IMG/VR virus record: IMGVR_UViG_3300022413_000008
Coordinates: 4,315 to 68,314 of that record
Strand: one strand, 5' to 3'
Source of the DNA: a virus
Length of the DNA stretch: 64,000 bases
Numbering within the stretch: position 1 is the stretch's first letter; each line of letters opens with the position of its first letter. A program made the position numbers and the translations under genes. The notes under the pieces were generated by a model. It worked only from the letters and a program-made list of their open reading frames with translations, was not told the DNA's origin and ran no database searches. Of this stretch, positions 24,492-35,435 are shown in pieces.

Positions 24492-27400
24492 AAATCACGC
24501 ACCGATCGTCTGGTTCTCGCTGCACGGAACCGGCTAGAAGCTAAGCGTCTGTCAATGCTGCTCCCGCCTCGAGCTCGCCGCACCTGAACAAGCCCGCCTG
24601 CCAACTGTTTAACGTCAACGTCTTGCCCTGTAGCAAACGTCATGTTTACCCCGATGATCTCTCCGCCACGACGCAGTAGCTCCTCAGTCCGAAGCACCTT
24701 CTCTCTTTCGTCAGGCCTCATTCTTGCAAGCATGGATGCACGCTGAGCAGCAGTGATCTTGCCTTTGAAGGCTCGGGTGTAAGGGTTCCGCGTAGAGAAG
24801 ATCTGACGAGCAGACTGTTCGGGATTCTTGCGGCCGAGCGTTTCCGCTACTGTTACTGCTTCCCGGAAAGTCTCCTCTAATTCGTCGAATTCACCCAGCA
24901 TTGCGTGATTCAGCATCCGATTGCCATAGGGAGACAGGGGGGTCGCTGTCGGCCCTACGCGTGTGATGCCAGACGGGGGCTTCAGCGAATCGAATGGGCC
25001 ATAACGCACAAGCAGCCTCGAGGTATTACTTGCTTCCAGGGTGCCCTGCGTCTGAGGCAGGTTGTTTAACAGCACCTGGCCAATCAGGGGGTTGAAGGTG
25101 CGCAATAAGCGCCCGGCACCAAAGGAGATATCCCCAGTGTTGATTACCCCACCGACATAATCAGCCAGAGCAACCGCTTGGTTTTGTGCAAGGATAGTCG
25201 GGTCAAACGCCCTGCGAGTAGGCAGATCATTGATTGCGACATTCACCGCCGTGGCAACAAATGGCATCGCGGAAAACGCATCGATCGCAAAGCCCTTCGC
25301 AACACTCTCTGCACCCTCACGCTCCCATGGTTGGCGCGTGGATCTTTCTTGTCCGATGATCGAATACCAAATCCTAATGAGCTCCTCGGTGCCAGCATTG
25401 GTCAACGCGGAACCCACGAGTGACGCTAAGAAAAAGGCTCCGATAGATGCCGGGACGAATACCTGTGCCGCCGTCGAATTGCGTTGGGCCGCTCCGCCCA
25501 TGGCCCGAAACCACCGGCTAATGGTGTTCATGTTCCAGCCCATTAGAGCCATCGTAATGCGGCTGAAGGGAGAACGACGGGCAACCAACGGACGATTCGC
25601 GGGAGTCGCAACATTGATCTCCTCCATCTGGATCGTAGCAAGAGACACCTGCTGTTGCCGCGTAAGCCAACGAACTTCTTTGGGGTTGTCGGCAGCATCA
25701 AGCCTCGCGTAGTAATCGTTAATCGATCCACGGAGGTCGATGCCTGCAAGACCGAACCAGTCATTGATCTCGTTCAGCCGTGTCTTATCGATGTCCCCCG
25801 CAAACCATGACGGAATCACGTCACTCGGGCGGAGTTCATTAAGCAGGTTCGGGATCCCGCGTCTTTTGTTGTTCAAATAGCGGCGCCTCAAATGAGCTTC
25901 AAGATAGTTAGATGCGGAGATCGAACTGTTAGCCGCTACTACGTTAGCCATAAGGTCTCCGAACCGTGGGAAGAACGGGCGAAGGAACAACTGCACTTGA
26001 AAGTCGACAAGGCCTAACACTCCACGGCCAGTCTTTGAGACAAAGTTGACAAACGGTTGGTTCCGTTTCTCGAAGCCTTCCTTGGAAATTTGACCCCATG
26101 TCGACAAGCTTTCCGCCATTGAATCAACGTGAGCCTGATGTGCCATTGGCATATCGAGCCCCCGTTCTCGCAGCTCACGGAAAACATTGGAACGCTGGAA
26201 CCCTGCATTCGATAGCTCTTCGATAGGCCCCGCCAATACTGAGGATTCTGCTAGGAGCCCAGCACGTAATGCTTCCTTGAAGGCTTTCCCTAAGCGTCCT
26301 CGCATCGCCGCACTCATGCTCGTTTTGGCGCCCTCCCAGAGGATGCCTGCTCCAGTCGGAACACGCACTAGGGATTTGGTAGCAGCAGTCGGGATGTCGA
26401 CTGCCAGGCCGCCAAGCCCATTGATCGCCTGCCTCGCAAAACTCCCAAGTGCCCAGCCGTACGAACGGAATCCGGCATTAGTCAGGCGCGACATGCGTTG
26501 CCCAGTATAGAAGAAGCCTCCCTGGAACGCGTTGCGGATCAGGGTGGTAACGCCTGTCAACACATTCCCAACCGCAGTGTTGGACAACCGGTTGAGAAAG
26601 ACAATGTCGTCTTCCGACATGCGACCGCCCGGGCGGAATGTTTGCTCGAGATCATTGATGAACCGTTCCAAGCTGGACGCAGCAGACTGAAGTTCATCGT
26701 ATTCGATCGTGTCATCGCCGGAACGCAGAGCAGCACGTTCACGTTTCCGAGTACGCAATCGGCCAGTTGCTTCATTGAGAGGGGCGCCACCTCTGGGATC
26801 CAGGCGACCTTCATTTAACGCTGATGACCGAGACGCCAGCTCAACATTCAAGGCATCAACGGTAGACCGTGCGGCACGTACAACCTCATCAAAGTATCGG
26901 CTACTGCCATTAAGCCGAAAGTTGATGATGTCGATGGAATTCTGGAAACCATGGTTATAGAACCAATAATGTCCCAGGCGACGGCCACGACCCTTCGTGA
27001 AACTGTTGGCACTTTCCGTGAGCTTGGAGTCGATCTTCTGACTGTCCGGCTCAAGTGGGCGGGCAGCCAGCTTTTCGATTTTCATCACCATCCCACGGAT
27101 CTCACGCCTCATGTTGGTCGCACCACCAAAGTCAGGATCCCCAGTGGTGCGTTCATTCACGAAGCTATCGAGATCCTCCATGGTTTGGATCGTGCCTTGC
27201 CGGATCTGCTTAGCGGCATCGGCATAGATCTCATCCAGCCCGGTGCGCTGCGAATAATCAGACGAGCGGTCGGTCAAAAACGGAACGATGAACTCCCCGA
27301 AATGAGCGTTCAGTAAATCGTTAATCTTCTGGGCATCCTTAGCACGATCGAGCTCCGCATACCGACGCGAGAATTCAAGAGCGACTGGGTTAAACCGGCG

Positions 27401-30400
27401 AAATAGAAGACGCTCGCCTGTTCGTAGCGGCCGGCGACGGATTGTGACGCCAGGAACCCACTCGCTTTCAACTGTCTGGCCTTGAAGGAAAGTCCGATTC
27501 GCCCGAGTGTCAATCGCATGAGCCTCATCAGTGGCTTTGGACTGGAGATCCAGGATTGCAATGTCCTCTTTAGTGATGACGCACTGGCAATCCGGCAGGA
27601 GGTCGCCCTCATTAATACGAACACCTGGGGTCTGGCTTCGTGCAAATAATTCTCTCCCAATCCGGTTATACCAGTCCGATACGAGCTCGACAGAATTGCT
27701 AGCCGCAAAATCTGAGAACTCTGCCGCAGTGGCCTCCAAGTCATCGGCGTGAGAGCGAGCAGCCCGAAACAGGCCCACTCGAATGGCAGCTCCATTGTTG
27801 ACCTCCCATTGACCGAACTTCAAATGGGAATCAACCCATGTCTGCATGGCTATTCGAGCCGGCTGAATCTGTCGGGCACCGATTTGCCGCGATAATCCTT
27901 CCCATATTTGTGCGACACGATTTACCAGGGAGGAAACCCCGAACCAGTTGAACACGTGGTTCTTGCCGAACTGCGTTACGGCCGAAGACTGCGTGACGAA
28001 CGTGGAGAAATCGAACCAGGCTTCCCAGAACCTACGCTCCGGCTTCTGAAGGTTGTCACTATCAGCTAACCATTCACCGATTTTGTTGAGCGCTTCGTTC
28101 GCAGATTGCTGCGCTTGCGACCACCGCGCATCGTCGGAATGAAAGTCCACGCGAAAGGTCTCGCCACCTGGTGTCGGGATCTCAATGCTTGCCCCATGTT
28201 GTGGGAGCCCCAGCTTCTCCCATGCATCCGGAACAAAGATCTCTCCCGTGTCTGATGCCACCAGCTGACGGAACGCAAGCCATTGTGGGTCATTCGTAAG
28301 GCGTGTCGCAAACTCGACGCCAGTCGTCAGCGTGTCAAACCGGTTTAGTGCCATTGCAATGCGCCGATTGGCAGTGCGGTAAAGGTGCGCCGCTCGATCC
28401 AGATCGCTTTGCACGCGACCAGAAAAATTGAGCAGTCGGTTGACCTCGCTCATATCACCTGCCCTCAAGCTGGCAGCCAGACGCACGGCCAACCCGCTTG
28501 CAGCTTCGGAGATCCGATCGGTATTCGAGTAGCTTTGAGCCAGCAACTCGGCTCGGTGCTTCGTGTTTCGAGCAACCCATAGAAGGGCAACATCCGTGAT
28601 TATCTTCCGGTCACCTCCCTCAAGCAGACGAGGAGCGACTCGCTGCATCACCGCTGCGACATCGCCAGCTTCAAAGATTTCTGGGGACATGAGCATTGCC
28701 GCTCCATCATTGTCCCCTTCCATCGCTTCGATCATTTGCTCGGCCTTCTGCTCAACCCCTGCGGCAACCTCACCAGCGTGCTCCCAGAAGCGGCGATCCA
28801 ACATGGCCTGCTCAATCTCTGCCTCGCTTGCGCCATCCCGCCTAGTGGCGTTCAGCGCAGCCGCAATCCCTGTGTCGATTTGCGTGCGAACCGACAGGCG
28901 TAATGCTTCGTTGTCGAAAATTTCTCTCTGAGCCGTCTGGGCTCGAGTGACAAGGTCGGCAAACCTCTGGGACCTTAATCGTTCTCCAAGGACGGAGAGC
29001 TTTTTCCGAAGCTTATCAAGCCGGTGCTCATAGAAACGAATGCCAGAAAGCATATTGTTCTTCAACACCTCAGCGAGCGCTGTAGGCAAATCTCGAACTG
29101 CTGCCTGATAAGTCTGGGGATCAACATTAAAGGTTGCACGAACCGCGTTGTTAGTCTCATTCAAGTTCACTAACCCCACATCGCGCTTGACAGTAGGCGT
29201 CATCTCGAACCCTTCATCAGACATCTCATCCGCAACGCGAGTAAAGTTGTCCGCAAGAGTCGTGTTCGTTGTGGCAAAAATGGTGCCTAGATCAGTGCGA
29301 GCATCCGGCTGAGCAAACCGAAACTCCTGCTGAACCTGCTCACGCGTCAGGGCCAGAGTCGCGATAGGAGCCCGACTGTTGATATCAGATAGGACACCAC
29401 CACGTGCGGTCACTTCAAAATCTCCATTCCGGAGACTCGTCAATACCGAATCGAAGAAGGCGTCCCGGGTGCGTTGCGCTCCTCTGAAGACTTTCTTGAA
29501 AGCTAGAACCAACTGATCAAAAAAGTTCCGAGCCCAATCCAGCATGCCTGAAAGAGTCGGGTTGCTTCGTGCTCGCTGTGATGCAGACGTAAGCTGTTGG
29601 GCAAAGAACTCGTCGTCGTTGATCAGTGGGTAAAGGTTTGTGAGATCTGCCGCATTGGGAAGCTGAGCAAACTGAGCCGAGGTAATCGCCCCACCTTGGC
29701 GATCAAGTTCTTCCAGAAACTCTACTGCCCGTGGGCTTGCATCCGGTGATGCACGGAGAGTCTCGAGTTCCTGCTGTCGAAAGGTAGCAACCTGTTTCCG
29801 GAACGATTCCGGAAGGAAGGTGGCAGCCGAATGGGCAAACTCTTCGGCTAGACCTGACGCAGTGTTGGCTCCAGCCGATACCTTGATCAGTCTCAGTGCC
29901 TCCGAAAAGGTGCCACCGAATTCGACGTTCGCCCCAGCAACGGTTGAGCGCCCTGGCTGAATAACAAAGGTCATATCCTCAAGGTATTGAGGATTCATGT
30001 GCTCAAGAAATCGCAATGCGGTATCTCGAGTCGATTCAGACAGCCCGTTGTTTGGGGCAGACACCAACGCTGCTATGTCGTCACGCCCAGATGCCGGCTG
30101 ATTCAAGATTGCTGGATCAACCTCGGACAGAGGCACAACCTCTTTCGCCCGCAAGGAAGCGAGTGCAGTGCTATCCACACGTAGCGTGTCGCGAATGCCT
30201 TCGAATACCTCCTCGAGTGTTTCCCGAATGTTCTGGCCCTCAGGAGCAAGGGGAGTCAGGAGTTCCGTGGCTTGATCAAGAGCCTCTAACCAGAACGCAT
30301 CATCTTCAGGATCATGATCCGAAATCGAATCAGCAAGTTCTGGTTCAATATCTTCCAGTCGCTGAATGAATTGAGCACTGAGCCGGGCATCCGATCGTTG

Positions 30401-33355
30401 CTCGGCTGTGTCTAAACTGGACGACTGAACTGCTGCAGCCGCCGTGGCTTCCTCTCCTTCAACAATTTGAGCAACAACTTCCTGTTCATCCTCCAACGCG
30501 GCACCCGGAGCGGCAGCGAAACTTCCGCCTGCTGCAGTATCCTCAAAACTGACAACATCGGGGCTTTGTCCCTGCATCGGAAAGGAACGGCGCCCCTTCT
30601 GCTTGAGCTCGCGACCCGGCAACACGAAATCTTTCTCCCTCTCGTCCACCGGAACGAATTGACTGGGATCTGACAGGATACGTCGCGAAAGATGAAAGCC
30701 ACGAACGGTGACAGTGCCTTCCGGTATCCACTCTTCTACCAGCCCACCATCGATCAATGGCTTCAATGGGATCCGACCGACCGACTTCAGCTTGGCGCTG
30801 GTCTTCTCCTTTACCTTCACCACCAAGGACTGAACTCCGCCTGCTCGGCCAACAGACAGGAATGTGGGGACAGGTTCGCCAGTTTCTCCGTCAACCACGA
30901 AACCCCCAATGTCAACATTGGTTAACTTGCGGGTCGTAGCATTCGTTTGCAGGCGCTTTGGCAACCCTCGGAACTCACTGGAGCTAGCGTTGAATGATCT
31001 TGGATTCCGAATTCGGAACTCGAAGCCAAGCTTGGGTGGTGGCAACAATGACCCAGTCCCTTCAGGTATGTCCTGAACTGGGACATCAGTGACTCCTTCC
31101 AGGACAGGGGCTGTCCGAGGTGGCGTTACCTGCTCGGGCTCTTGCCTGACAGCTTCCAAATCCTCTTGGGTCAGTTGCCCAGCTACGCCCTCTCGTTGAT
31201 TCTGAAGACCTCCGCTAGCTGTGTTCGTAGCGGCTTCGATTGCCTCTCGGAAAAATTGGCGTCTGCGTTGTAGATCAATCCGACTGTCGGTGTCGCCAGC
31301 TTCACGTGCCTCTTCCGCTGCAGCGCCAACCTGGTTATTTGCGTCGATGATTGCCGCAAGCTCGTCGCGAGTGGACAGCCTTAACCCCAGTTCTCTCGCG
31401 GCTCCGGTTAATGACTGCCCGGCAAATGCGGTCGACGGCTTGAACTCCGCAGCCTTAGACAGAACGTTCTCGACCGTAATAGGGAAGTCCCCTGGCAACT
31501 GGCCTGAAGGCACAGGTGGTGGTGGTGGTGGAGTTCTACGTGGAACTTTTGCAGCGACTTGAGCATCCCGCCATTCATCCACAGTTGGAGCTCCAATCAC
31601 TTCCCATCCATGAATACGAAGCACTTTGTCGGTCGTGCCGCTACGATTCGCCATCCGGCCTTCCGCAACCTGACTTGGCACCTGCTGTTCAGGGCGGATA
31701 ATTGCCTCAACTGGATCGATACCGAAACTGGCAGCTTCAATGCGTGACTCCCGATAGCCTTCAAACTTCCCCGCAATTACATCGCCGGTCTCCGTATTAA
31801 AGATGACGACAGGCTGTCCTGTACTGGCAGAGAAACCACCCACTGACACATCGTCCTCAGCGACAAACGAGTGATCTGAAACCCGTTTTGCTATCGCGTC
31901 TGGCGTATTGGAGATGGCCAGATGATCGTTGACATCTGGAGTCGTGTCGACCGCTGCCTTGGCTACCCCTGCATCTGCTGCCTGTTGTTCCTTCGTTGTG
32001 CGTGCTGGCTCTGCTACCGGTGCAACATCAGACGGTAACGGCGGAGATTGTTGGGATCTAAGGTCCTCTTCGCGGCCAATGATCTCTTTGGTGTGCTCCT
32101 CTGTGGCAACTTCAGCGGCAGGAACGTCGGTGGGAGCAGGAAGCAAGAGCTGTGTTCGTCGTCTTTCTCTTTCAGCCCTACGCTCACCACGCTCACGCCT
32201 CTGACGACGGCGAGCTCTTTCGCCACGAGCTGTTCCTCTTGCTATGCGCTCCCTGAATTCGGGCGTATCATCAAACGCTCTGCGCCCCTGACGGATGAAC
32301 GCTGGGCCACCCAGCCCCTTCGGCCCAAACACTTGATCCCCGTAGCGCTGCCGCAAAGCCTCAAGGTCGGCATCAATCTGGTGCGGATTCCCCTTGATTC
32401 GCTGAGCAATCTGGATCGGAGTCTCGACAGCTCCACCCAGCCCAGCACCAAGGCCCAAGGCAAATGCCATCTGAACAGCCAGATCCTGGGTCGTTAGATC
32501 GGGATTGACTAGAGCCTTCTGGTTCATCCATTGAAGAAACTCATCCGATGTTTCCTCGAGACCTTCAAGCCCGGCCTGATTCACTATATTGCGGAAGGCA
32601 GATTCGAACGCTGACTTACCTATTGGCCTCGCCAAGCGCTCCACTCCAGTTGAGCCGAAAATCCCGGTGGTTAACCCTGTGGCAATGCCACCAACGATGC
32701 CCGGGAGAACAGCCATCCTCTGCGCATCATCCTCCGATAAGCCTTGATGGCGGAAATGATCCTTAGCTTCCTCGAAACTGAGGCCACCAGACAGCAATGT
32801 GCCAAACGTCACCGCACCGGCCATTCCTCCCATGGCTGCGGCAGGAATAGAGGGGGCGCTAAGCAACGCACTGGTAACGCCTTCCTTAGCGATTGTGCCA
32901 GCTACCCCAGAGTTGAGACCTTCGGAAGCTTCAGCCAGTTCGGCTAATTGCAGATTGCTGCCTGCGGAAAGCCGTCGACCACGCTCCTTGAGGGTTTCGC
33001 TTCCGAGAACGTTCCCAAGCAAGGTAGCCCCGCCACCAAGGGCCTTAACGCCGGTGGGGGCAGCCGCCTCGGCACCGAGAGCAGCCTGGAGGGCGACAGA
33101 CTGGAAATTATCGGACGGTTGATTGAGACGCTGACGCTCACCTTTCAATCTGGCACGTCGAATATCCTGGCCAAATTGTTTCCCTTCGTCCGAAGCGAGA
33201 AAGGCAGAGAACGTAGTCTCGAAGCGCTCCTCAGGTGTGGTCTGCCCCAGAACCTCATCCACCTGCCGGAGAGCGTCAGGAGAGATCTCCGGTGGTTCTG
33301 CCGACTTGTTAGCTGTCGGATCAGCTACATCGATTGTCGCAAATGGAGTTGCCAT
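24488..33355 (-). CDS. Giant internal virion / DNA-ejection (polyvalent-type) protein
   Basis: 2955 aa after the tail genes; Gly/Ala-rich hydrophobic N-terminal segments; degenerate zincin-like EEFAH motif. Confidence 0.8.
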   Translation of the reverse strand: MATPFATIDVADPTANKSAEPPEISPDALRQVDEVLGQTTPEERFETTFSAFLASDEGKQFGQDIRRARLKGERQRLNQPSDNFQSVALQAALGAEAAAPTGVKALGGGATLLGNVLGSETLKERGRRLSAGSNLQLAELAEASEGLNSGVAGTIAKEGVTSALLSAPSIPAAAMGGMAGAVTFGTLLSGGLSFEEAKDHFRHQGLSEDDAQRMAVLPGIVGGIATGLTTGIFGSTGVERLARPIGKSAFESAFRNIVNQAGLEGLEETSDEFLQWMNQKALVNPDLTTQDLAVQMAFALGLGAGLGGAVETPIQIAQRIKGNPHQIDADLEALRQRYGDQVFGPKGLGGPAFIRQGRRAFDDTPEFRERIARGTARGERARRRQRRERGERRAERERRRTQLLLPAPTDVPAAEVATEEHTKEIIGREEDLRSQQSPPLPSDVAPVAEPARTTKEQQAADAGVAKAAVDTTPDVNDHLAISNTPDAIAKRVSDHSFVAEDDVSVGGFSASTGQPVVIFNTETGDVIAGKFEGYRESRIEAASFGIDPVEAIIRPEQQVPSQVAEGRMANRSGTTDKVLRIHGWEVIGAPTVDEWRDAQVAAKVPRRTPPPPPPVPSGQLPGDFPITVENVLSKAAEFKPSTAFAGQSLTGAARELGLRLSTRDELAAIIDANNQVGAAAEEAREAGDTDSRIDLQRRRQFFREAIEAATNTASGGLQNQREGVAGQLTQEDLEAVRQEPEQVTPPRTAPVLEGVTDVPVQDIPEGTGSLLPPPKLGFEFRIRNPRSFNASSSEFRGLPKRLQTNATTRKLTNVDIGGFVVDGETGEPVPTFLSVGRAGGVQSLVVKVKEKTSAKLKSVGRIPLKPLIDGGLVEEWIPEGTVTVRGFHLSRRILSDPSQFVPVDEREKDFVLPGRELKQKGRRSFPMQGQSPDVVSFEDTAAGGSFAAAPGAALEDEQEVVAQIVEGEEATAAAAVQSSSLDTAEQRSDARLSAQFIQRLEDIEPELADSISDHDPEDDAFWLEALDQATELLTPLAPEGQNIRETLEEVFEGIRDTLRVDSTALASLRAKEVVPLSEVDPAILNQPASGRDDIAALVSAPNNGLSESTRDTALRFLEHMNPQYLEDMTFVIQPGRSTVAGANVEFGGTFSEALRLIKVSAGANTASGLAEEFAHSAATFLPESFRKQVATFRQQELETLRASPDASPRAVEFLEELDRQGGAITSAQFAQLPNAADLTNLYPLINDDEFFAQQLTSASQRARSNPTLSGMLDWARNFFDQLVLAFKKVFRGAQRTRDAFFDSVLTSLRNGDFEVTARGGVLSDINSRAPIATLALTREQVQQEFRFAQPDARTDLGTIFATTNTTLADNFTRVADEMSDEGFEMTPTVKRDVGLVNLNETNNAVRATFNVDPQTYQAAVRDLPTALAEVLKNNMLSGIRFYEHRLDKLRKKLSVLGERLRSQRFADLVTRAQTAQREIFDNEALRLSVRTQIDTGIAAALNATRRDGASEAEIEQAMLDRRFWEHAGEVAAGVEQKAEQMIEAMEGDNDGAAMLMSPEIFEAGDVAAVMQRVAPRLLEGGDRKIITDVALLWVARNTKHRAELLAQSYSNTDRISEAASGLAVRLAASLRAGDMSEVNRLLNFSGRVQSDLDRAAHLYRTANRRIAMALNRFDTLTTGVEFATRLTNDPQWLAFRQLVASDTGEIFVPDAWEKLGLPQHGASIEIPTPGGETFRVDFHSDDARWSQAQQSANEALNKIGEWLADSDNLQKPERRFWEAWFDFSTFVTQSSAVTQFGKNHVFNWFGVSSLVNRVAQIWEGLSRQIGARQIQPARIAMQTWVDSHLKFGQWEVNNGAAIRVGLFRAARSHADDLEATAAEFSDFAASNSVELVSDWYNRIGRELFARSQTPGVRINEGDLLPDCQCVITKEDIAILDLQSKATDEAHAIDTRANRTFLQGQTVESEWVPGVTIRRRPLRTGERLLFRRFNPVALEFSRRYAELDRAKDAQKINDLLNAHFGEFIVPFLTDRSSDYSQRTGLDEIYADAAKQIRQGTIQTMEDLDSFVNERTTGDPDFGGATNMRREIRGMVMKIEKLAARPLEPDSQKIDSKLTESANSFTKGRGRRLGHYWFYNHGFQNSIDIINFRLNGSSRYFDEVVRAARSTVDALNVELASRSSALNEGRLDPRGGAPLNEATGRLRTRKRERAALRSGDDTIEYDELQSAASSLERFINDLEQTFRPGGRMSEDDIVFLNRLSNTAVGNVLTGVTTLIRNAFQGGFFYTGQRMSRLTNAGFRSYGWALGSFARQAINGLGGLAVDIPTAATKSLVRVPTGAGILWEGAKTSMSAAMRGRLGKAFKEALRAGLLAESSVLAGPIEELSNAGFQRSNVFRELRERGLDMPMAHQAHVDSMAESLSTWGQISKEGFEKRNQPFVNFVSKTGRGVLGLVDFQVQLFLRPFFPRFGDLMANVVAANSSISASNYLEAHLRRRYLNNKRRGIPNLLNELRPSDVIPSWFAGDIDKTRLNEINDWFGLAGIDLRGSINDYYARLDAADNPKEVRWLTRQQQVSLATIQMEEINVATPANRPLVARRSPFSRITMALMGWNMNTISRWFRAMGGAAQRNSTAAQVFVPASIGAFFLASLVGSALTNAGTEELIRIWYSIIGQERSTRQPWEREGAESVAKGFAIDAFSAMPFVATAVNVAINDLPTRRAFDPTILAQNQAVALADYVGGVINTGDISFGAGRLLRTFNPLIGQVLLNNLPQTQGTLEASNTSRLLVRYGPFDSLKPPSGITRVGPTATPLSPYGNRMLNHAMLGEFDELEETFREAVTVAETLGRKNPEQSARQIFSTRNPYTRAFKGKITAAQRASMLARMRPDEREKVLRTEELLRRGGEIIGVNMTFATGQDVDVKQLAGGLVQVRRARGGSSIDRRLASSRFRAARTRRSVRDL

Positions 33356-33356
33356 C

Positions 33357-34502
33357 TCATCGGGTCCCGTTTTCCTTCTCGACTCGTATTATATTAGCCA
33401 AGCGCTGCCGGGCAGTGACTGTTGCCTGCTCAACAGCATCCTCAGCAGGAATCCCGCGAGATACAAGTTCGGCAGCGATTTGCCGCAATGTGCGATCGAA
33501 GAACGCTACATCGGATCGTTGAATTGTCTCAGGTGCGCCGTCTACATCGAACGTTACGTTCGCACCCTGAGCATCAAAGAAAGGAGAGGTGTCCATTTCG
33601 GGCGGAACATTGGTAGACGGTAATCCACCAAGCCCTGTCACATCAAAGATACCAGCAGCTCGTGGAATCCCCCCTTGCTCCCCTGGCGCTATCTGAGTGG
33701 CAATCCCCGGCCGTTGAACGGGCACGGTCTGTGAGCGGAAAGGTGTCGCCTGAACTCCTGCCGGCAATGGAGGAAGCCCTGCCATAAGCGGGTCAATACC
33801 AACAGGCTGCTGAAGTTGGTTGGCGTCCGATATTGCCGCAAGCCTGCCGCCTTGAAGGACAACCTGTCTCGACAATCGAGGATCGGTAGCCACCTCCAAG
33901 GCAGCCTGTCTCTGTTGCTCCCGTAAAGTGTCGGCAGCTAGTAATGCCTGCTGTCGCAACTCTTCGTTCTCAACCTCCCTGGGATCATCGCCCCCAAAAA
34001 ACGTGCGGAACCGCTCTCCCAATGTAAGGTCTCGTTCTTCTTGCGTCAGAAAATCCCTACGAGCTCTTTGCAGATCCTGCTCAAAAGGCTCAATTAACGC
34101 TTGGTTAAGCGAAGCCGCAACTGCCGCCTGTTGGCGGGTGCGTTCCTGCTCTTGAGCCCGCGCCGCTCGTTGTGCAGCTGTGAGAGCCTGTTGCTGTGAA
34201 GAATCAAACTGGCCGAGAAAAGGCGCAAGCTCTTCCTGCCCAAGCTGTCCTTGTCGCGCAGCGTTAAAGACATCCGAGAATAGTCGATCACTTCGTTGCT
34301 GTTCTGCCCGGCGATCTTGTTCTTGTTGCTGAAGCTGCCTTAGCTCCCGCGTTTGCTGTTGGGCGCTCTCCTCTCGCCGGCGCTGTGAACCTACGGTGAT
34401 GAAGCGATTCAGCGCACCTTCGAACTGAGCTACGGAGGAACGTCGCTCATTTTCGGCCTGCCTGGCAAGCGAGTCGAAACTGTCTCCAAAGATGGTTGGC
34501 AT
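33357..34502 (-). CDS. Putative internal virion (ejection) protein
   Basis: Gln/Arg/Ala-rich coiled coil; position between tail genes and the giant gene. Confidence 0.7.
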   Translation of the reverse strand: MPTIFGDSFDSLARQAENERRSSVAQFEGALNRFITVGSQRRREESAQQQTRELRQLQQQEQDRRAEQQRSDRLFSDVFNAARQGQLGQEELAPFLGQFDSSQQQALTAAQRAARAQEQERTRQQAAVAASLNQALIEPFEQDLQRARRDFLTQEERDLTLGERFRTFFGGDDPREVENEELRQQALLAADTLREQQRQAALEVATDPRLSRQVVLQGGRLAAISDANQLQQPVGIDPLMAGLPPLPAGVQATPFRSQTVPVQRPGIATQIAPGEQGGIPRAAGIFDVTGLGGLPSTNVPPEMDTSPFFDAQGANVTFDVDGAPETIQRSDVAFFDRTLRQIAAELVSRGIPAEDAVEQATVTARQRLANIIRVEKENGTR

Positions 34503-35372
34503 TTAGAATCCAGGGGTAACTCCAGGGATTGGTGTCCCCGAAGGACTCAGAGGAAATGGATTACGCGGAATACCTCGCCCAAACAATCCACCACCACCAC
34601 CACCGCCTAGAACGGTGCCAATGGCGCCAACATTAAGAAGACCTCCGCCAATCGCCCGTCCCGCACTGGCTATCCGGCCCAAGGTGGTAGGTTCCTGTTG
34701 CAGCCCTTCAACACGATTTGCACGATCTGTCTCAGCAATGCTTCGAAGGGTATTGAGGGTCGATCCTTGCACCTGCCCCCTGGCAAGAGTCGGCTGGATG
34801 CTTCGGTTAAGTAGAGTGTCTAGGAGTTGTTGGCGGGTTAACGCGTTACCGAGACGCTGCTGCAACAGGAACCCGAAATCTGCACGTTCCTGCTCTGTGT
34901 CTTCCAGTGATGCGTCAATCTCAGCGTCTCGTGCGAGTCGTGCGAATTGCAAATCCTGGAAAGTGTTGCCGCCAACGATACCCCTGCGAGCACGCAAGCG
35001 TTGGTTGGCTTGCTGGATTCGATCCAGAGCGCGTTGCGTCGCCGAGGCTCTGGCACCTCGACGACGCGCCCGCAGTCCCCTCAGGTTTTGTTCCGTCTGC
35101 CCGCCGAAAAGATCCTCTATGTCTCGAACGCCCTCTCGTGTAAAGCGCTCAACATCTGGTGTCTGTTGCCGGAACCGTCGTCCGAAGTCAGCCAGGTTGG
35201 ACTCTTGTAAATTCAGAGTCTCGTCCGATGTCCCAAGCTGTCTCCTGATTTGACGATCGACTTCAGGATTCCGAACGATCGAAATGAGCTCGGGATCACC
35301 TCCTTTGTCGAACGCTCCGGCAATTCCGCTTGCTGCTCCTAGGGCAGCTCCACCTAAAGCTAATGCACCCAT
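34503..35372 (-). CDS. Putative internal virion / pilot protein
   Basis: MGALALGGAALGAASGIAG N-terminus; Gly-rich C-terminus. Confidence 0.7.
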   Translation of the reverse strand: MGALALGGAALGAASGIAGAFDKGGDPELISIVRNPEVDRQIRRQLGTSDETLNLQESNLADFGRRFRQQTPDVERFTREGVRDIEDLFGGQTEQNLRGLRARRRGARASATQRALDRIQQANQRLRARRGIVGGNTFQDLQFARLARDAEIDASLEDTEQERADFGFLLQQRLGNALTRQQLLDTLLNRSIQPTLARGQVQGSTLNTLRSIAETDRANRVEGLQQEPTTLGRIASAGRAIGGGLLNVGAIGTVLGGGGGGGLFGRGIPRNPFPLSPSGTPIPGVTPGF

Positions 35373-35375
35373 GGG

Positions 35376-35435
35376 TTATTTGGGTTTCGGTTTCGGCCTT
35401 GGCCGAGGCCTTTTAACTGGATAGGGAGAAGGCAC
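35376..35435 (-). CDS. Candidate 19-aa Pro/Arg/Lys micro-ORF
   Basis: GTG start immediately after the upstream TAA; MPSPYPVKRPRPRPKPKPK*. Confidence 0.3.
   Translation of the reverse strand: MPSPYPVKRPRPRPKPKPK

Noticed and set aside
24500-33300. Many 60-160 aa + strand ORFs opposite the giant gene
   Set aside because: These are shadow ORFs of a GC-rich coding strand, with no motifs or RBS.
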